Source: Flavobacteriales bacterium
GTDB lineage: Bacteria; Bacteroidota; Bacteroidia; Flavobacteriales_D; UBA2798
Direction: 5' to 3'
Length of the DNA: 64,000 bases
NCBI GenBank assembly: GCA_019694795.1
Contig: JAIBBF010000002.1
Location: 86,500 to 150,499 of the forward strand
Made by a program: the position numbers and the translations under genes
Part shown: positions 9,444 to 19,496 of the stretch, piece by piece
Position numbering within the stretch: the stretch's first letter is position 1
How the letters are laid out: each line of letters opens with the position of its first letter
Notes under the pieces: generated by a model
What the model saw: the letters and a program-made list of their open reading frames with translations, nothing else
Databases searched by the model: none
Told to the model about the DNA's origin: nothing

Positions 9444-11885
9444 TTAACGGGTGTATTTGCGTTTACGATAAAAATGCTGGATCAAGCCGAATAGAATGAT
9501 TAATGCAACAGGTAGTCCCACATTGAGCATTTGCCAGTACCTGCGCTCAGCAATTACACGGTCCTCATTTAAACGACGCACCATTATGGTACGCTGACGC
9601 ACCTGTATCATTTCCGGATCACCCATGAGGTAATCGATGGCATTTAAGATGAATTCTTTATTGCCAAAAATAAATTTTGGAGATCCGGTGGAATTGACCT
9701 GTCCGTATTTATCCAAATGCAAGGGGAAAGGAACTGCCTTTTTTTGTCCGTTCACTACTTTTAACGATACTTCATTTTGAGGAATATCGCCGTCTGATAC
9801 AATGAGCATTTTTGTAGGCACGGAAGATTCTTTGTAAACGTAATCCTTACTGTTTAAAAACTCAGGAGCTAAGCGATCTTTAAATACGGAACTAAATGTC
9901 CCTTCTAATAAAACGGCAATATTGGATGGCGGACGTTTATTTAAAAATAAATTATCGCGCATTTCAACAATGCCATAATTTATACGTGCAGGAGAATTGT
10001 AAACGGTGCTTTTAGCAGAGGTTTGAAGAAGTACGGTTTTAGATACATTCTGATCATTACCCACAATATCCATACTACTCGCATACCTTGCTTTTACGGG
10101 GTCAATGTTTTGGGTGATTACGTGTGAACGTGAAGGCTGCAGCAGTGGATAGAAAAACCAGCCGTAAAAATCTTGCGATGAACCCGGAATGAAAATATCC
10201 GTACAGGCATCATCAAGGATAATATCGTTATTCAAGCGAACACCGTAGGTAAACAGCTGATCTTCTAAATTCAGGTTTCGTGCAACACCAAAGGTCTGAC
10301 CGCGACGGAATAAGGTGTCTTCCCGAACTTCCATCGGATCGATGAACCATGCTACTTTTCCACCTTTCATGATGAACTGGTCAATCACAAATTTTTCCTT
10401 CTCGGTAAAAGCTGAATCCGGATCCGCAATAATCAATCCGTTAAAATCGCGAATGGCATTGATCTTATTATCGATTCTAACACGCTCTACGGAATAGAAT
10501 TCAGAAAGAGCATCAGTAATCACGGCAAGGTGGACCTCATCCGCTTCGCCGTGTCCTTCTAAAATAGCAATACGGGGTTTGGTAACGCGGGTAACTTTCC
10601 GGATGGCATCCATGAGTTGGTACTCGATGTTGTTAACGGTAAAGTCGACCAGGTTCCTGATGTTCTCATCTTTTTTTACAAAGGGTTTAGAAAAGAAATT
10701 AAAAGAAATAGGCGGCTGTGTTCCGTAGCTTACCGTTGCACCCGGGAATAATATTTTATAACTGAGTTTTCCTTTTTCTTCAATCTCCAGTTCAGAATAG
10801 GAAATGTTGCGTTCATAATCGAGTTGATCCATAAAGGCCAACTGATCTTTTTCGTCTTCTATCGAATAGGGATCAAAAAATTCGTACTGGATTTTATCAC
10901 CGGCATACGCCTTCATTTCATCCAGCTTTTCACGGATTTCCCGTTCAATACGTTTTAAATCGGAAGGAAGTTCACCTGTGAGATAAATTTGAAAGGTGAT
11001 TTCATCTTCTAATTTTTCTTTCAAAAATTTAATGGTTCCCTCCGAAAGTGAATGGCGTTTTTCTGCGGTTAAATCGAACCTCAAAAAAGTGAATGAGGTT
11101 AAAATATTTACCAGCAAAATGATTCCAAGATTCAGTACAAACTGCAAACGATTTACTTTTTTGCGCGATTCGAGTACAACTTTTGTCAGCAGCACAAACA
11201 CCACGATCACCGATAGAAAATAAATCACGTCTCTGGTATCAATTACACCACGACTAATAGAGTGATAATGCTCATAAATACCTAAATCTTTCACGAGGGT
11301 GTCGAGACTCCCGAACATGGCGTAGGAGCCAAGGAAGTCAAATCCCAGGTAGAAAAAGAAACACAGGAAAACACCAATGATAAAGGATACGATTTGGTTT
11401 TGCGAAACGGCAGAAGAAAAAATTCCGATGGAAACAAAACTTGCACTTAATAAAACCAGTCCTAAATAAGAACCCCACATTCCGCCGGTATCAACACTTC
11501 CCGGTGGATCTCCGAGTGAGCTGATGGTGTAATAATAGAGCAGGGTAGGTAACAATGAAAACAACACCAGCAATAAACCTGCACTGAATTTAGAGATGAT
11601 AATTTGTAGATCAGATAAGGGACGTGTCAGCAATAATTCAATGGTACCTGTCCGCTTTTCTTCCGCAAACGATCGCATGGTAATAGAAGGAATGAGGAAG
11701 AGAAACACCATGGGCGCCAAATTGAACAGCGGGTCCAAATCGGCAAAACCTGCATCCAGCAGATTAAACGGATTATTAAATACCCAAATGAAAAGCCCCA
11801 TGAGCAACAGAAAAACCGAGATAACAATGTATCCGATCAATGAGCTGAGGAAGCCTCGTATTTCTTTCAGCAGTAATGCAAACAT
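9444..11885 (-). CDS. gldFG: fused gliding-motility-type ABC transporter permease GldF / accessory protein GldG
   Basis: 813 aa. Residues 1 to about 240 match an ABC-2 GldF-like permease (MFALLLKEIRGFLSSLIGYIV..., RSFAEEKRTGTIELLLTRP). The rest has GldG-like architecture: a TM segment, a large periplasmic domain and a C-terminal TM plus basic tail (LIILFGLIQHFYRKRKYTR). Confidence 0.8.
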   Translation of the reverse strand: MFALLLKEIRGFLSSLIGYIVISVFLLLMGLFIWVFNNPFNLLDAGFADLDPLFNLAPMVFLFLIPSITMRSFAEEKRTGTIELLLTRPLSDLQIIISKFSAGLLLVLFSLLPTLLYYYTISSLGDPPGSVDTGGMWGSYLGLVLLSASFVSIGIFSSAVSQNQIVSFIIGVFLCFFFYLGFDFLGSYAMFGSLDTLVKDLGIYEHYHSISRGVIDTRDVIYFLSVIVVFVLLTKVVLESRKKVNRLQFVLNLGIILLVNILTSFTFLRFDLTAEKRHSLSEGTIKFLKEKLEDEITFQIYLTGELPSDLKRIEREIREKLDEMKAYAGDKIQYEFFDPYSIEDEKDQLAFMDQLDYERNISYSELEIEEKGKLSYKILFPGATVSYGTQPPISFNFFSKPFVKKDENIRNLVDFTVNNIEYQLMDAIRKVTRVTKPRIAILEGHGEADEVHLAVITDALSEFYSVERVRIDNKINAIRDFNGLIIADPDSAFTEKEKFVIDQFIMKGGKVAWFIDPMEVREDTLFRRGQTFGVARNLNLEDQLFTYGVRLNNDIILDDACTDIFIPGSSQDFYGWFFYPLLQPSRSHVITQNIDPVKARYASSMDIVGNDQNVSKTVLLQTSAKSTVYNSPARINYGIVEMRDNLFLNKRPPSNIAVLLEGTFSSVFKDRLAPEFLNSKDYVYKESSVPTKMLIVSDGDIPQNEVSLKVVNGQKKAVPFPLHLDKYGQVNSTGSPKFIFGNKEFILNAIDYLMGDPEMIQVRQRTIMVRRLNEDRVIAERRYWQMLNVGLPVALIILFGLIQHFYRKRKYTR

Positions 11886-11980
11886 GCGGTGTTTTTTGCA
11901 AAAATAGTATTCGGTCTGTCATACGCCGACAACAAACCATGGATTTTAATTAACGGAGCAATGCTCATGAAAAGCGGTAC

Positions 11981-12640
11981 TCACATTTTTTTCAGGCTCA
12001 TCAAAATAGAGAAGGTTCTATCGATATCCTTATCATGTACCACCAGTGTGAACTCGTTCGATGTAGAAATAATCTCACGGATGTTAATGCCATCCCAGGC
12101 TATACGCTTTAAGATGTAGTAATAAACACCCGAAATTTCTGTGTTTTCTTTGGGCAGTTTTATGGTAATGGAAGAGAGATTGTCGCTGAATGAAATCTGT
12201 TTTTCATTGCTGAAATGCTCGAGGACAAAACTTTTTAAAGCTTCACTTACGATCACTGTAGTTTCGTAAACCCCGGCCGAAAAAGTGCAGAAAAGTTCCT
12301 TTTGGGTGCTCACCTGTTTCAATAATTCCGCCGTGGCAGAATAAAGGGTGTCGGAATTGTGGTAGGTAAAATCGGATAGATTCGAACGTACAATCACATC
12401 ACCGATGGAGTGCATAAAGTTCTGAATCTTGAGGTTTATCTTGTAATAATTGCTGGGAGCCATTCGGTTGATGGCCATAATCACAGCCCCTTCCTTGACA
12501 TCCTTTTTCAGACGCTCAGCAATCTCGGGCTGAATCTTTCGGGCAAGTGAGGATACATTGATTAAACCGTCGGCAAGTGCCTCTTCCAAAAAGGGCGATT
12601 TACGAATAATGTCTTCTACGACTTCAGGGATAGTAACCAT
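11981..12640 (-). CDS. ACT-domain-containing protein (aspartokinase regulatory-domain-like)
   Basis: 219 aa. The C-terminus (WDGINIREIISTSNEFTLVVHDKDIDRTFSILMSL) resembles ACT domains of aspartate kinases. Divergent from dapA-lysC-lysA. Confidence 0.45.
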   Translation of the reverse strand: MVTIPEVVEDIIRKSPFLEEALADGLINVSSLARKIQPEIAERLKKDVKEGAVIMAINRMAPSNYYKINLKIQNFMHSIGDVIVRSNLSDFTYHNSDTLYSATAELLKQVSTQKELFCTFSAGVYETTVIVSEALKSFVLEHFSNEKQISFSDNLSSITIKLPKENTEISGVYYYILKRIAWDGINIREIISTSNEFTLVVHDKDIDRTFSILMSLKKM

Positions 12641-12714
12641 GTTAAATTTTATTACAACCTGTTAAATGTAAGTGTAAACTTAGGGAAAATTTTTCATAAA
12701 CGCAAGTCTGTGTT

Positions 12715-12722
12715 TAGTTTTG
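12715..12722 (+). promoter_or_regulatory. Bacteroidota -7 promoter box (TAGTTTTG) for dapA operon
   Basis: Perfect TAnnTTTG, 18 nt upstream of the ATG at 12741. The track's TTG start at 12720 lies inside this box. Confidence 0.45.
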
Positions 12723-12740
12723 CCCAAAATATATGATAAA

Positions 12741-13658
12741 ATGAAAAACTCAAGCTTTTTAAACGGATCACTGGTAGCTATTGTAACGCCTTTTAATGAA
12801 AACGGAAGTGTTGATTTTAAGGCCTATGAGAAGCTTTTAGTCAAACAGCTTGAGGGTGGAACCAATGGCATAGTGGTGGCCGGAACCACAGGTGAAAGTG
12901 CAGCACTTTCGGAAGATGAATATGCCGCTTTAATTCGTTTTACGGTAGAAAAAGTAAATGGAGAGGTTCCAGTTATTGTTGGAGCAGGTAGTAATGTCAC
13001 CACCCGTGCCATTCGCCATTCACTGGTGGCACAACGCGAAGGTGCTGATGCTTTATTAATATTGAATCCTTATTATAATAAGCCAACGGAAGAAGGAATT
13101 TTTGTCCACTATAAAGCAATAGCGGAGAGTGTTGACTTACCCATCATCCTTTACAATGTACCGGGCAGAACAGGCTCGAATATGAAAGCTTCGCTTACGC
13201 TTAAGCTGGCCCGTGAAATCGAAAATGTGGTGGCTATTAAAGAGGCATCCGGCGATTTAAATCAGATCATGGAAATAATTGCAGGTAGTCCAGAAGGATT
13301 TAAAGTATTCTCCGGCGATGATGCGATGTCGCTTTCTATTATTGCAGCAGGAGGAAGCGGTTGCATTTCCGTGGTGGCCAATCAGGTTCCGCGTGAATTT
13401 AGCCGACTCATCCACGCCGCTTTGTCGGGCGATTTTATCACGGCACGTGCCCTGCATTATCAATTGCTGGAGCTGATGAATCTTAATTTTATTGAAAGTA
13501 ATCCCATTCCGGTGAAGACTACATTACATATGATGGGACTTATCCAAAATAAATTCCGTGAGCCGATGGTACCGATGAGCAATCCAGCAAATCTTTCGCG
13601 TTTGCACGATTGTATTGAAAAACTCGGTTTATTGCAGGAAAATTCTCAATTGGTTTAA
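12741..13658 (+). CDS. dapA: 4-hydroxy-tetrahydrodipicolinate synthase
   Basis: GSLVAIVTPF, GTTGES and the Schiff-base lysine context AIKEASGD. The ATG at 12741 is preferred over the upstream TTG. Confidence 0.93.
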   Translation: MKNSSFLNGSLVAIVTPFNENGSVDFKAYEKLLVKQLEGGTNGIVVAGTTGESAALSEDEYAALIRFTVEKVNGEVPVIVGAGSNVTTRAIRHSLVAQREGADALLILNPYYNKPTEEGIFVHYKAIAESVDLPIILYNVPGRTGSNMKASLTLKLAREIENVVAIKEASGDLNQIMEIIAGSPEGFKVFSGDDAMSLSIIAAGGSGCISVVANQVPREFSRLIHAALSGDFITARALHYQLLELMNLNFIESNPIPVKTTLHMMGLIQNKFREPMVPMSNPANLSRLHDCIEKLGLLQENSQLV

Positions 13659-13680
13659 TTTTTTCAACGTTTCTTTTGCC

Positions 13681-15012
13681 ATGAATGTGTTGAAGTTCGG
13701 CGGGACCTCCGTTGGTTCCGCCACGCGTATGCGTGATGTTGCACGGATAGTGGAATCGCACTCTCCGGTGATGATTGTTTTATCTGCCGTTTCCGGAACC
13801 ACCAATAAACTGGTGGATATAGCCTATCATTATAATGAAGGAAAAAAAGAAAAAGCATTAGCCTTAATTGATGAATTGGAGCAATCTTATTTTCCTTTTG
13901 TGGAAGATTTATTGCAAACGGAATCTGCACAACAAGAAGGGAAAAATATTATTGCCACACATTTCGCTCACCTGCGCGATTATGCACGCAATGGATTTGG
14001 AATAAAACAATACCGCGAAATTCTTGCACAGGGTGAATTGATTTCAACCCAATTGTTTTACCGTTACATGGTAGAACAAAATAAAAATGTGGTGTTGATT
14101 AATGCCCTGGATTTTATGCGTGTGGATGAGGATGGAGAACCTGAAATGCATTTTATTCAAGAGGCGCTTCATGCAATTTTAGCTCAGGTTCCGGGTAAAC
14201 AGTTTTATATCACCCAAGGATTTATTTGCCGGAATCCCGTTGGAGAAATTGAAAATTTAAAGCGGGGTGGAAGTGATTATTCGGCTTCATTAATTGGCGC
14301 AGCATTGGGATCGGAAGAGATTCAGATCTGGACCGATATCGACGGGATGCACAACAATGATCCGCGAATAGTTCAAGGCACTTATCCGGTAAGGAATCTT
14401 TCGTTCGACGAAGCTGCAGAGCTGGCGTATTTTGGTGCAAAAATCCTGCATCCTTCCAGCGTAAATCCTGCGCGTAAGGCCGGAATTCCCGTTCGTTTAA
14501 AAAACACCATGCAACCCGAAGCGGAAGGAACTTTAATCAGTGAACAATCCGAAAGAGGAACCATTAAGGCCATTGCTGCGAAAGATGGAATTACTGCCAT
14601 CCGTATCGTATCCAATCGCATGTTGCTTGCATTTGGATTTCTCCGGAATGTATTCGAGATTTTCGAGCGTTATAAAACACCTATCGATATGATCACTACT
14701 TCTGAAGTAGCGGTTTCATTAACGATCGACAATGAAGGTCAACTCGAAAACATTTTAAAAGAACTGAGTGTTATTGCTGATGTGGAAGTAGATCGCGATT
14801 TAAGTATCATTAGTGTCGTGGGCGATCACATCAGTGAAGGTCCCGGTTTGGCTGGAAAAATCTTCGGTGCACTTCGTTCTATTTCCATGCGCATGGTTTC
14901 GGGAGGCGGATCGCCGAATAATGTTTCTTTGTTACTGCCAACGAAGCACAAAAATGAAGCATTACGTCAGTTGAATGTTGAACTCTTTCAATCTGTTTCG
15001 CAACAATGTTAA
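13681..15012 (+). CDS. lysC: aspartate kinase (monofunctional)
   Basis: MNVLKFGGTSVGS N-terminus, an amino-acid kinase fold and C-terminal ACT repeats. The ATG at 13681 is preferred because the track's upstream extension overlaps dapA. Confidence 0.92.
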   Translation: MNVLKFGGTSVGSATRMRDVARIVESHSPVMIVLSAVSGTTNKLVDIAYHYNEGKKEKALALIDELEQSYFPFVEDLLQTESAQQEGKNIIATHFAHLRDYARNGFGIKQYREILAQGELISTQLFYRYMVEQNKNVVLINALDFMRVDEDGEPEMHFIQEALHAILAQVPGKQFYITQGFICRNPVGEIENLKRGGSDYSASLIGAALGSEEIQIWTDIDGMHNNDPRIVQGTYPVRNLSFDEAAELAYFGAKILHPSSVNPARKAGIPVRLKNTMQPEAEGTLISEQSERGTIKAIAAKDGITAIRIVSNRMLLAFGFLRNVFEIFERYKTPIDMITTSEVAVSLTIDNEGQLENILKELSVIADVEVDRDLSIISVVGDHISEGPGLAGKIFGALRSISMRMVSGGGSPNNVSLLLPTKHKNEALRQLNVELFQSVSQQC

Positions 15013-16169
15013 ATCTAAATCCTGAAAAATTAACCGGAATAAAAACACCGGTTTATTATTACGATCTGGATTTGCTGCGCGCAACGTTACAGGCGGTAAA
15101 TGTCCCCGTACAACGCTACGGTTACCATGTCCATTATGCTTTTAAAGCAAATTACAACGATAAAATTTTATCGATCATCCGTGATGCAGGTTTAGGTGCA
15201 GATTGTGTAAGCGGAAATGAGGTAAAGAAAGCCATTGAATCCGGATTTGATCCTTCCAAAATTGTATTCGCGGGAGTGGGGAAAACCGATGAGGAAATTG
15301 AATATGCCATTGCACAATCGATTTACAGTTTTAATTGCGAATCGACCCAGGAGCTCGAAGTGATAAATTCCATTGCCATGCGCGAAGGGAAAACGGTACG
15401 TGTGGCGATTCGTATTAATCCCAATGTAAATGCCAATACGCATAAATATATAACTACCGGACTCGAAGAAAATAAGTTTGGAATTAGTATTTCCCAATTA
15501 CCGGATGTGCTTGAAGTGTTGGAAGAATGTGCAAACCTCCGTCTGGAAGGATTACATTTTCATATTGGTTCACAGATTACCGATATGAGCAGTTTCCGCA
15601 ATCTTTGCACCCGGGTGAATGAAATTGTACAATGGTTCAATTCGCGCAATGTGTCGTTAAAGCACATTAACGTGGGAGGAGGATTGGGCGTTAATTACAA
15701 TCAACCGGATCAGGAATCCATTCCCGATTTCGAAGCGTATTTTTCACTTTTTAATGAGTTTCTGCAATTGGAAAGGGGACAGGAATTGCATTTCGAATTG
15801 GGACGTGCCATCGTTGCGCAATGCGGATCACTTTTATCTCGTGTGCTCTATATCAAGAATGGCGTGAATACCAATTTTATCATTGTAGATGCGGGTATGA
15901 CGGAGTTGATTCGTCCTGCATTATACCAATCCTTCCACCTCATCGAAAACCTTTCGGCACAGGATCGGGCAGGGGCGGATCAGTTTTATGATGTAGTAGG
16001 ACCCGTATGTGAATCGTCGGATTGTTTCGGGAAACGAATTCTGTTACCTGTTTCCAAACGTGGCGATCTTATGGCTATTCGCACGGCAGGAGCTTATGGA
16101 GAGGTGATGTCCTCCGGCTACAACCTGCGCGAAAAAGTTAATTCAATTACTTCCGAAGATTTAGGATAA
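15006..16169 (+). CDS. lysA: diaminopimelate decarboxylase
   Basis: PLP-lysine motif HYAFKANY, GGGLGV and CESSD. The start overlaps the lysC stop by 7 nt. Confidence 0.92.
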   Translation: MLNLNPEKLTGIKTPVYYYDLDLLRATLQAVNVPVQRYGYHVHYAFKANYNDKILSIIRDAGLGADCVSGNEVKKAIESGFDPSKIVFAGVGKTDEEIEYAIAQSIYSFNCESTQELEVINSIAMREGKTVRVAIRINPNVNANTHKYITTGLEENKFGISISQLPDVLEVLEECANLRLEGLHFHIGSQITDMSSFRNLCTRVNEIVQWFNSRNVSLKHINVGGGLGVNYNQPDQESIPDFEAYFSLFNEFLQLERGQELHFELGRAIVAQCGSLLSRVLYIKNGVNTNFIIVDAGMTELIRPALYQSFHLIENLSAQDRAGADQFYDVVGPVCESSDCFGKRILLPVSKRGDLMAIRTAGAYGEVMSSGYNLREKVNSITSEDLG

Positions 16170-16175
16170 GCCTGA

Positions 16176-18533
16176 TCAGAATGCCCAGTTAAATCCAAGT
16201 GTTGGAATAATCGGCAACTGATACACACGTTCTGCAGTTACGCGGTTCACGTAGAAAATATTCTGACGGTTATACAGATTGGTAACACCCAAAATAATTT
16301 CCAGTTTAGAAGTGATTTTCTCTTTATCGGGAACGTTCGGATCTTCGCTCTTAATTACCTTTTTAAACTCAAAGCGGCGTTTTACGCTGAGGTCGAAACG
16401 ATGATAGGTGCTCAATCTTCCCTGATTTAATCCTGCGTATAAAATGGAAACATCATTGGCATTTGCAGTGGTGTAATCGGTTGTTACATTGTTAAAGGAA
16501 ATGTTTTGGTAGTAACCTCCGGTTTGGGTAAATGGAAGTCCCGTACCCAGATTCCAGCGTGCATTAACTTCCCACAAATCATCTTTACCGAATAATTGGG
16601 TGTACACCATGTTTACGGTATGTCGACGGTCGAAAATTGGTGCGTAGGTTTGAATTCCATCCCAACGGGTAACTTTTCCTAAAGAATATACCAACCAGAG
16701 ATATGTTTTTTTGGAATTGTATTTAGCCACGAAATCTACACCGCGAGCCAAACCTGTTTCAATGATAAAATCTTTTTTCAGCAAATCAGGTTTAGTGGCA
16801 TCTGTTTCGTCGTAGATTTTATTCCGGTTAATGTTAGTGAGCTGTGTAAAGTCTTTGATATAACCTTCAACGTTAAAATTCCAGTGGTCGCCCAAATCAT
16901 ATTCTGCACCGAAGATATAGTGATTGGCTTTTTGTAGTGAGTGTTTGCGGTCCACTACATTTCCGTTTTCATCAATGTATTGTTTAGGCAGATTATCACT
17001 TCCTGAAAGGAATCCATAAAACAGATTCACTACATCACGGTCGGAGTTGGCTGCAATCAGGTTTTGCGAATACACACCGGCTGCTGCTTTAAAGCGAATT
17101 TCTTCCGTTAAATTAAATTTCGCTCCAATGCGTGGTTCATGCGAAAAGTTGGAAAGGGATGAGTAGTACATTTCACGGAAACTGGGTTCAATGACTAAGC
17201 GACCGCGGTTTATTTTGTAACTCACATAAAGCCCCAACTGGGTTGTGTTTTCCTGCTGCGAAATCGTACGGTTTGCTGCATTCACAGTGGTGAAGTCAGT
17301 AGAAAATCCTTCAACATCGATTCCATATTTTACTTCATCCTTCTTCATGAAATATTTAAAATCGAAGCCGAGGTTAAAACCACCAATTTCAGAACTGCGA
17401 ACCGGAGAAATTTTATCGTCGAGTGTGATTTTATATTTCGAGTAAGAGAAATCTCCCGAAATCAACACCGGATTTCCGGCAGGAACCAAAACGAAATTTG
17501 ATCCGGCACCATATGAATTCCATTTTAAATCGGAGATGGCCTGGTATTTTACGGAGTCGCTGAAGTTAAAACCGAAGACGTTGAACTTAGAACCGCTTTT
17601 TCCGTTGAATGAAATTTTACCGTACAAGTCGGTGAAGTTAAATGGTAATCCTGCGGTGTCGATGTATTTGTAAAATACTTTGGAAGATTGAGCGAGGTAA
17701 GATGTTTTTCCCGAAAAGAGATAGGTGGCAGAACCGGAATTTTCAGATTTTCTTTTGTAGAGTGGACCTTCCAACATCAGTTTGGCACCGAATGGACTCG
17801 CAGCTACTTTTCCTTCGAAATTATTTTTATTTCCATCGCGGGTAGAGATATCCATTACCGATGAAATTCTTCCTCCATATTCAGCATTGAATCCTCCGGT
17901 ATAAATATCCGCTGTACGAATAATGTCGGTATCAAATACCGAGAAAAAACCGATGGAGTGAAACGGATTGTAAATAGTCATACCATCCAGCAACACTTTA
18001 TTTTGAATCGGAGCACCACCGCGAACGTACATTTGTCCACCCTGGTCACCCGTTGTTACCACACCCGGTACGGTTTGGAAATAGGTGGCAATATCTGATT
18101 CACCACCCACAGTTGGAACGGCGCTGATTTCTTTTTTAGTCGCTTTAATTTGCGACATTTTGATGGTGGTGAGTGATTCCTGTTTTTCTCCTTTTACTTC
18201 AATTTCATCCAGCTCAACACCTTCTGTCAGCATTATTTTTTTGGTAACAATCTCACCTGCTTTTAAAACCACTTCAATTTCCTGCGGTTGATATCCTACA
18301 AATGATACCACAATGTGATAAGTTCCAGCCGGGATTTTTGCCACCTGGAAATAACCATTACCGTCTGCAGAAGCACCTCCTGAGGTTTCCTTAATCAAAA
18401 TATTGGCATAGCTGATAGGTTCCCCGGTAGCTTTATCGTAAATAAAACCACGGATGGTACCGGTTTGAGCCATCGCCATCATTCCGATTAAAAAGAAAAA
18501 AGAAAACAGTGCAGAACGCTGTAGAAATTTCAT
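16176..18533 (-). CDS. TonB-dependent receptor with N-terminal carboxypeptidase-regulatory-like domain
   Basis: Signal peptide, a CarboxypepD_reg-like segment (GTIRGFIYDKATGEPISYANILI), a plug region (DIATYFQTVPGV, MYVRGG), a long beta-barrel and a terminal aromatic residue (GFNWAF). No SusD-like partner is adjacent. Confidence 0.85.
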   Translation of the reverse strand: MKFLQRSALFSFFFLIGMMAMAQTGTIRGFIYDKATGEPISYANILIKETSGGASADGNGYFQVAKIPAGTYHIVVSFVGYQPQEIEVVLKAGEIVTKKIMLTEGVELDEIEVKGEKQESLTTIKMSQIKATKKEISAVPTVGGESDIATYFQTVPGVVTTGDQGGQMYVRGGAPIQNKVLLDGMTIYNPFHSIGFFSVFDTDIIRTADIYTGGFNAEYGGRISSVMDISTRDGNKNNFEGKVAASPFGAKLMLEGPLYKRKSENSGSATYLFSGKTSYLAQSSKVFYKYIDTAGLPFNFTDLYGKISFNGKSGSKFNVFGFNFSDSVKYQAISDLKWNSYGAGSNFVLVPAGNPVLISGDFSYSKYKITLDDKISPVRSSEIGGFNLGFDFKYFMKKDEVKYGIDVEGFSTDFTTVNAANRTISQQENTTQLGLYVSYKINRGRLVIEPSFREMYYSSLSNFSHEPRIGAKFNLTEEIRFKAAAGVYSQNLIAANSDRDVVNLFYGFLSGSDNLPKQYIDENGNVVDRKHSLQKANHYIFGAEYDLGDHWNFNVEGYIKDFTQLTNINRNKIYDETDATKPDLLKKDFIIETGLARGVDFVAKYNSKKTYLWLVYSLGKVTRWDGIQTYAPIFDRRHTVNMVYTQLFGKDDLWEVNARWNLGTGLPFTQTGGYYQNISFNNVTTDYTTANANDVSILYAGLNQGRLSTYHRFDLSVKRRFEFKKVIKSEDPNVPDKEKITSKLEIILGVTNLYNRQNIFYVNRVTAERVYQLPIIPTLGFNWAF

Positions 18534-18711
18534 CACAAAGCAGATTTTTTAATAATGACGACGAAAATAGGAATATTCCATAAAACGGAGGGTATGAATT
18601 AGACATTAGGAAGATTAAGTATACCATTGGCCTAAATCACTGTAGCAACGGTTGATAAAAAAAAGTGGAAATGATTTTTAATTTTTTGCTTGGATTATCG
18701 GTTTTGACCAT

Positions 18712-18719
18712 TATTTTTG
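18712..18719 (+). promoter_or_regulatory. candidate -7 promoter box (TATTTTTG)
   Basis: TAnnTTTG match 32 nt upstream of the response-regulator ATG. Confidence 0.35.
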
Positions 18720-18751
18720 AATAATTATTTAAAATCAGTCTAAATAAAAGA

Positions 18752-19429
18752 ATGGGGATTCGGGTCGTAATAGCGGATAGTAATGAGTTGATTCGATTAG
18801 GATTACGCGCTGCCATTGTCCGCCAGGATGGTCTGGAATTGGTGGATGAGGTGACCAATCGCAATGAGCTTAAAGATGCCGTTGTTCGTTTTGAGCCCGA
18901 TGTGGTTTTAATCGATTATTCTTGTCCTGCATTCACCATCGACTGTGTACCGGAAATCTTGCAGCATAACCGCAAAGTTCGATTTGTAGCAATTACTCAA
19001 AATCAGAGTGCGCTTTCCATTGTAAATGCCATTCGATCCGGAATTAGCAGTTATGTAAAAAAGGATTGTGATTTAGGTGAAATCATCGATTCGGTAAGAG
19101 AAACTGCTAAAGGAAATAAATTCTTCTGTGGCACCATTCTCGAAATGATTCGTCAGGAAGAAATAAATATCGAAGATATACCCAACGATATGCTCACCTG
19201 TGCTCCCGTTACCATTACCGAGCGGGAAATTGAAATTATTACACTTATTGCCGAAGGATATACCAACCAGCAGATCGCTGAAAAATTATTTTTATCGGCT
19301 CACACGGTGAACACACATCGCAAAAACATTATGGCCAAACTGGGAATAGCCAACACGGCCGGAATTGTAATGTATGCGGTTAAATCGCATTTGGTTTCTC
19401 CCAATAAATACTTGTTTTCTGCTCAATGA
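18752..19429 (+). CDS. LuxR/NarL-family response regulator (orphan)
   Basis: The receiver domain has an acidic pocket, a phospho-acceptor context (VVLIDYS), a conserved T (VAITQN) and a conserved K (SYVKKD). The C-terminal LuxR HTH reads ITEREIEIITLIAEGYTNQQIAEKLFLSAHTVNTHRKNIMAKLG. There is no histidine kinase in the window. Confidence 0.88.
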   Translation: MGIRVVIADSNELIRLGLRAAIVRQDGLELVDEVTNRNELKDAVVRFEPDVVLIDYSCPAFTIDCVPEILQHNRKVRFVAITQNQSALSIVNAIRSGISSYVKKDCDLGEIIDSVRETAKGNKFFCGTILEMIRQEEINIEDIPNDMLTCAPVTITEREIEIITLIAEGYTNQQIAEKLFLSAHTVNTHRKNIMAKLGIANTAGIVMYAVKSHLVSPNKYLFSAQ

Positions 19430-19446
19430 TAGCAAGGGTTTGAAAA

Positions 19447-19481
19447 TAAAAAAGGGTGTCGTAACTGACACCCTTTTTTTA
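19447..19481. terminator. bidirectional rho-independent terminator
   Basis: AAAAAA-GGGTGTC-GTAACT-GACACCC-TTTTTTT, lying between convergent genes. Confidence 0.75.
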
Positions 19482-19496
19482 TTCTTTTCATTGGAA

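Noticed and set aside
12641-12740. Lysine riboswitch (L-box) upstream of dapA-lysC-lysA.
   Set aside because: The spacer is only ~100 bp and is shared with a divergent gene. A -7 box sits 18 nt from the ATG, leaving a leader far too short for a ~180-nt L-box.
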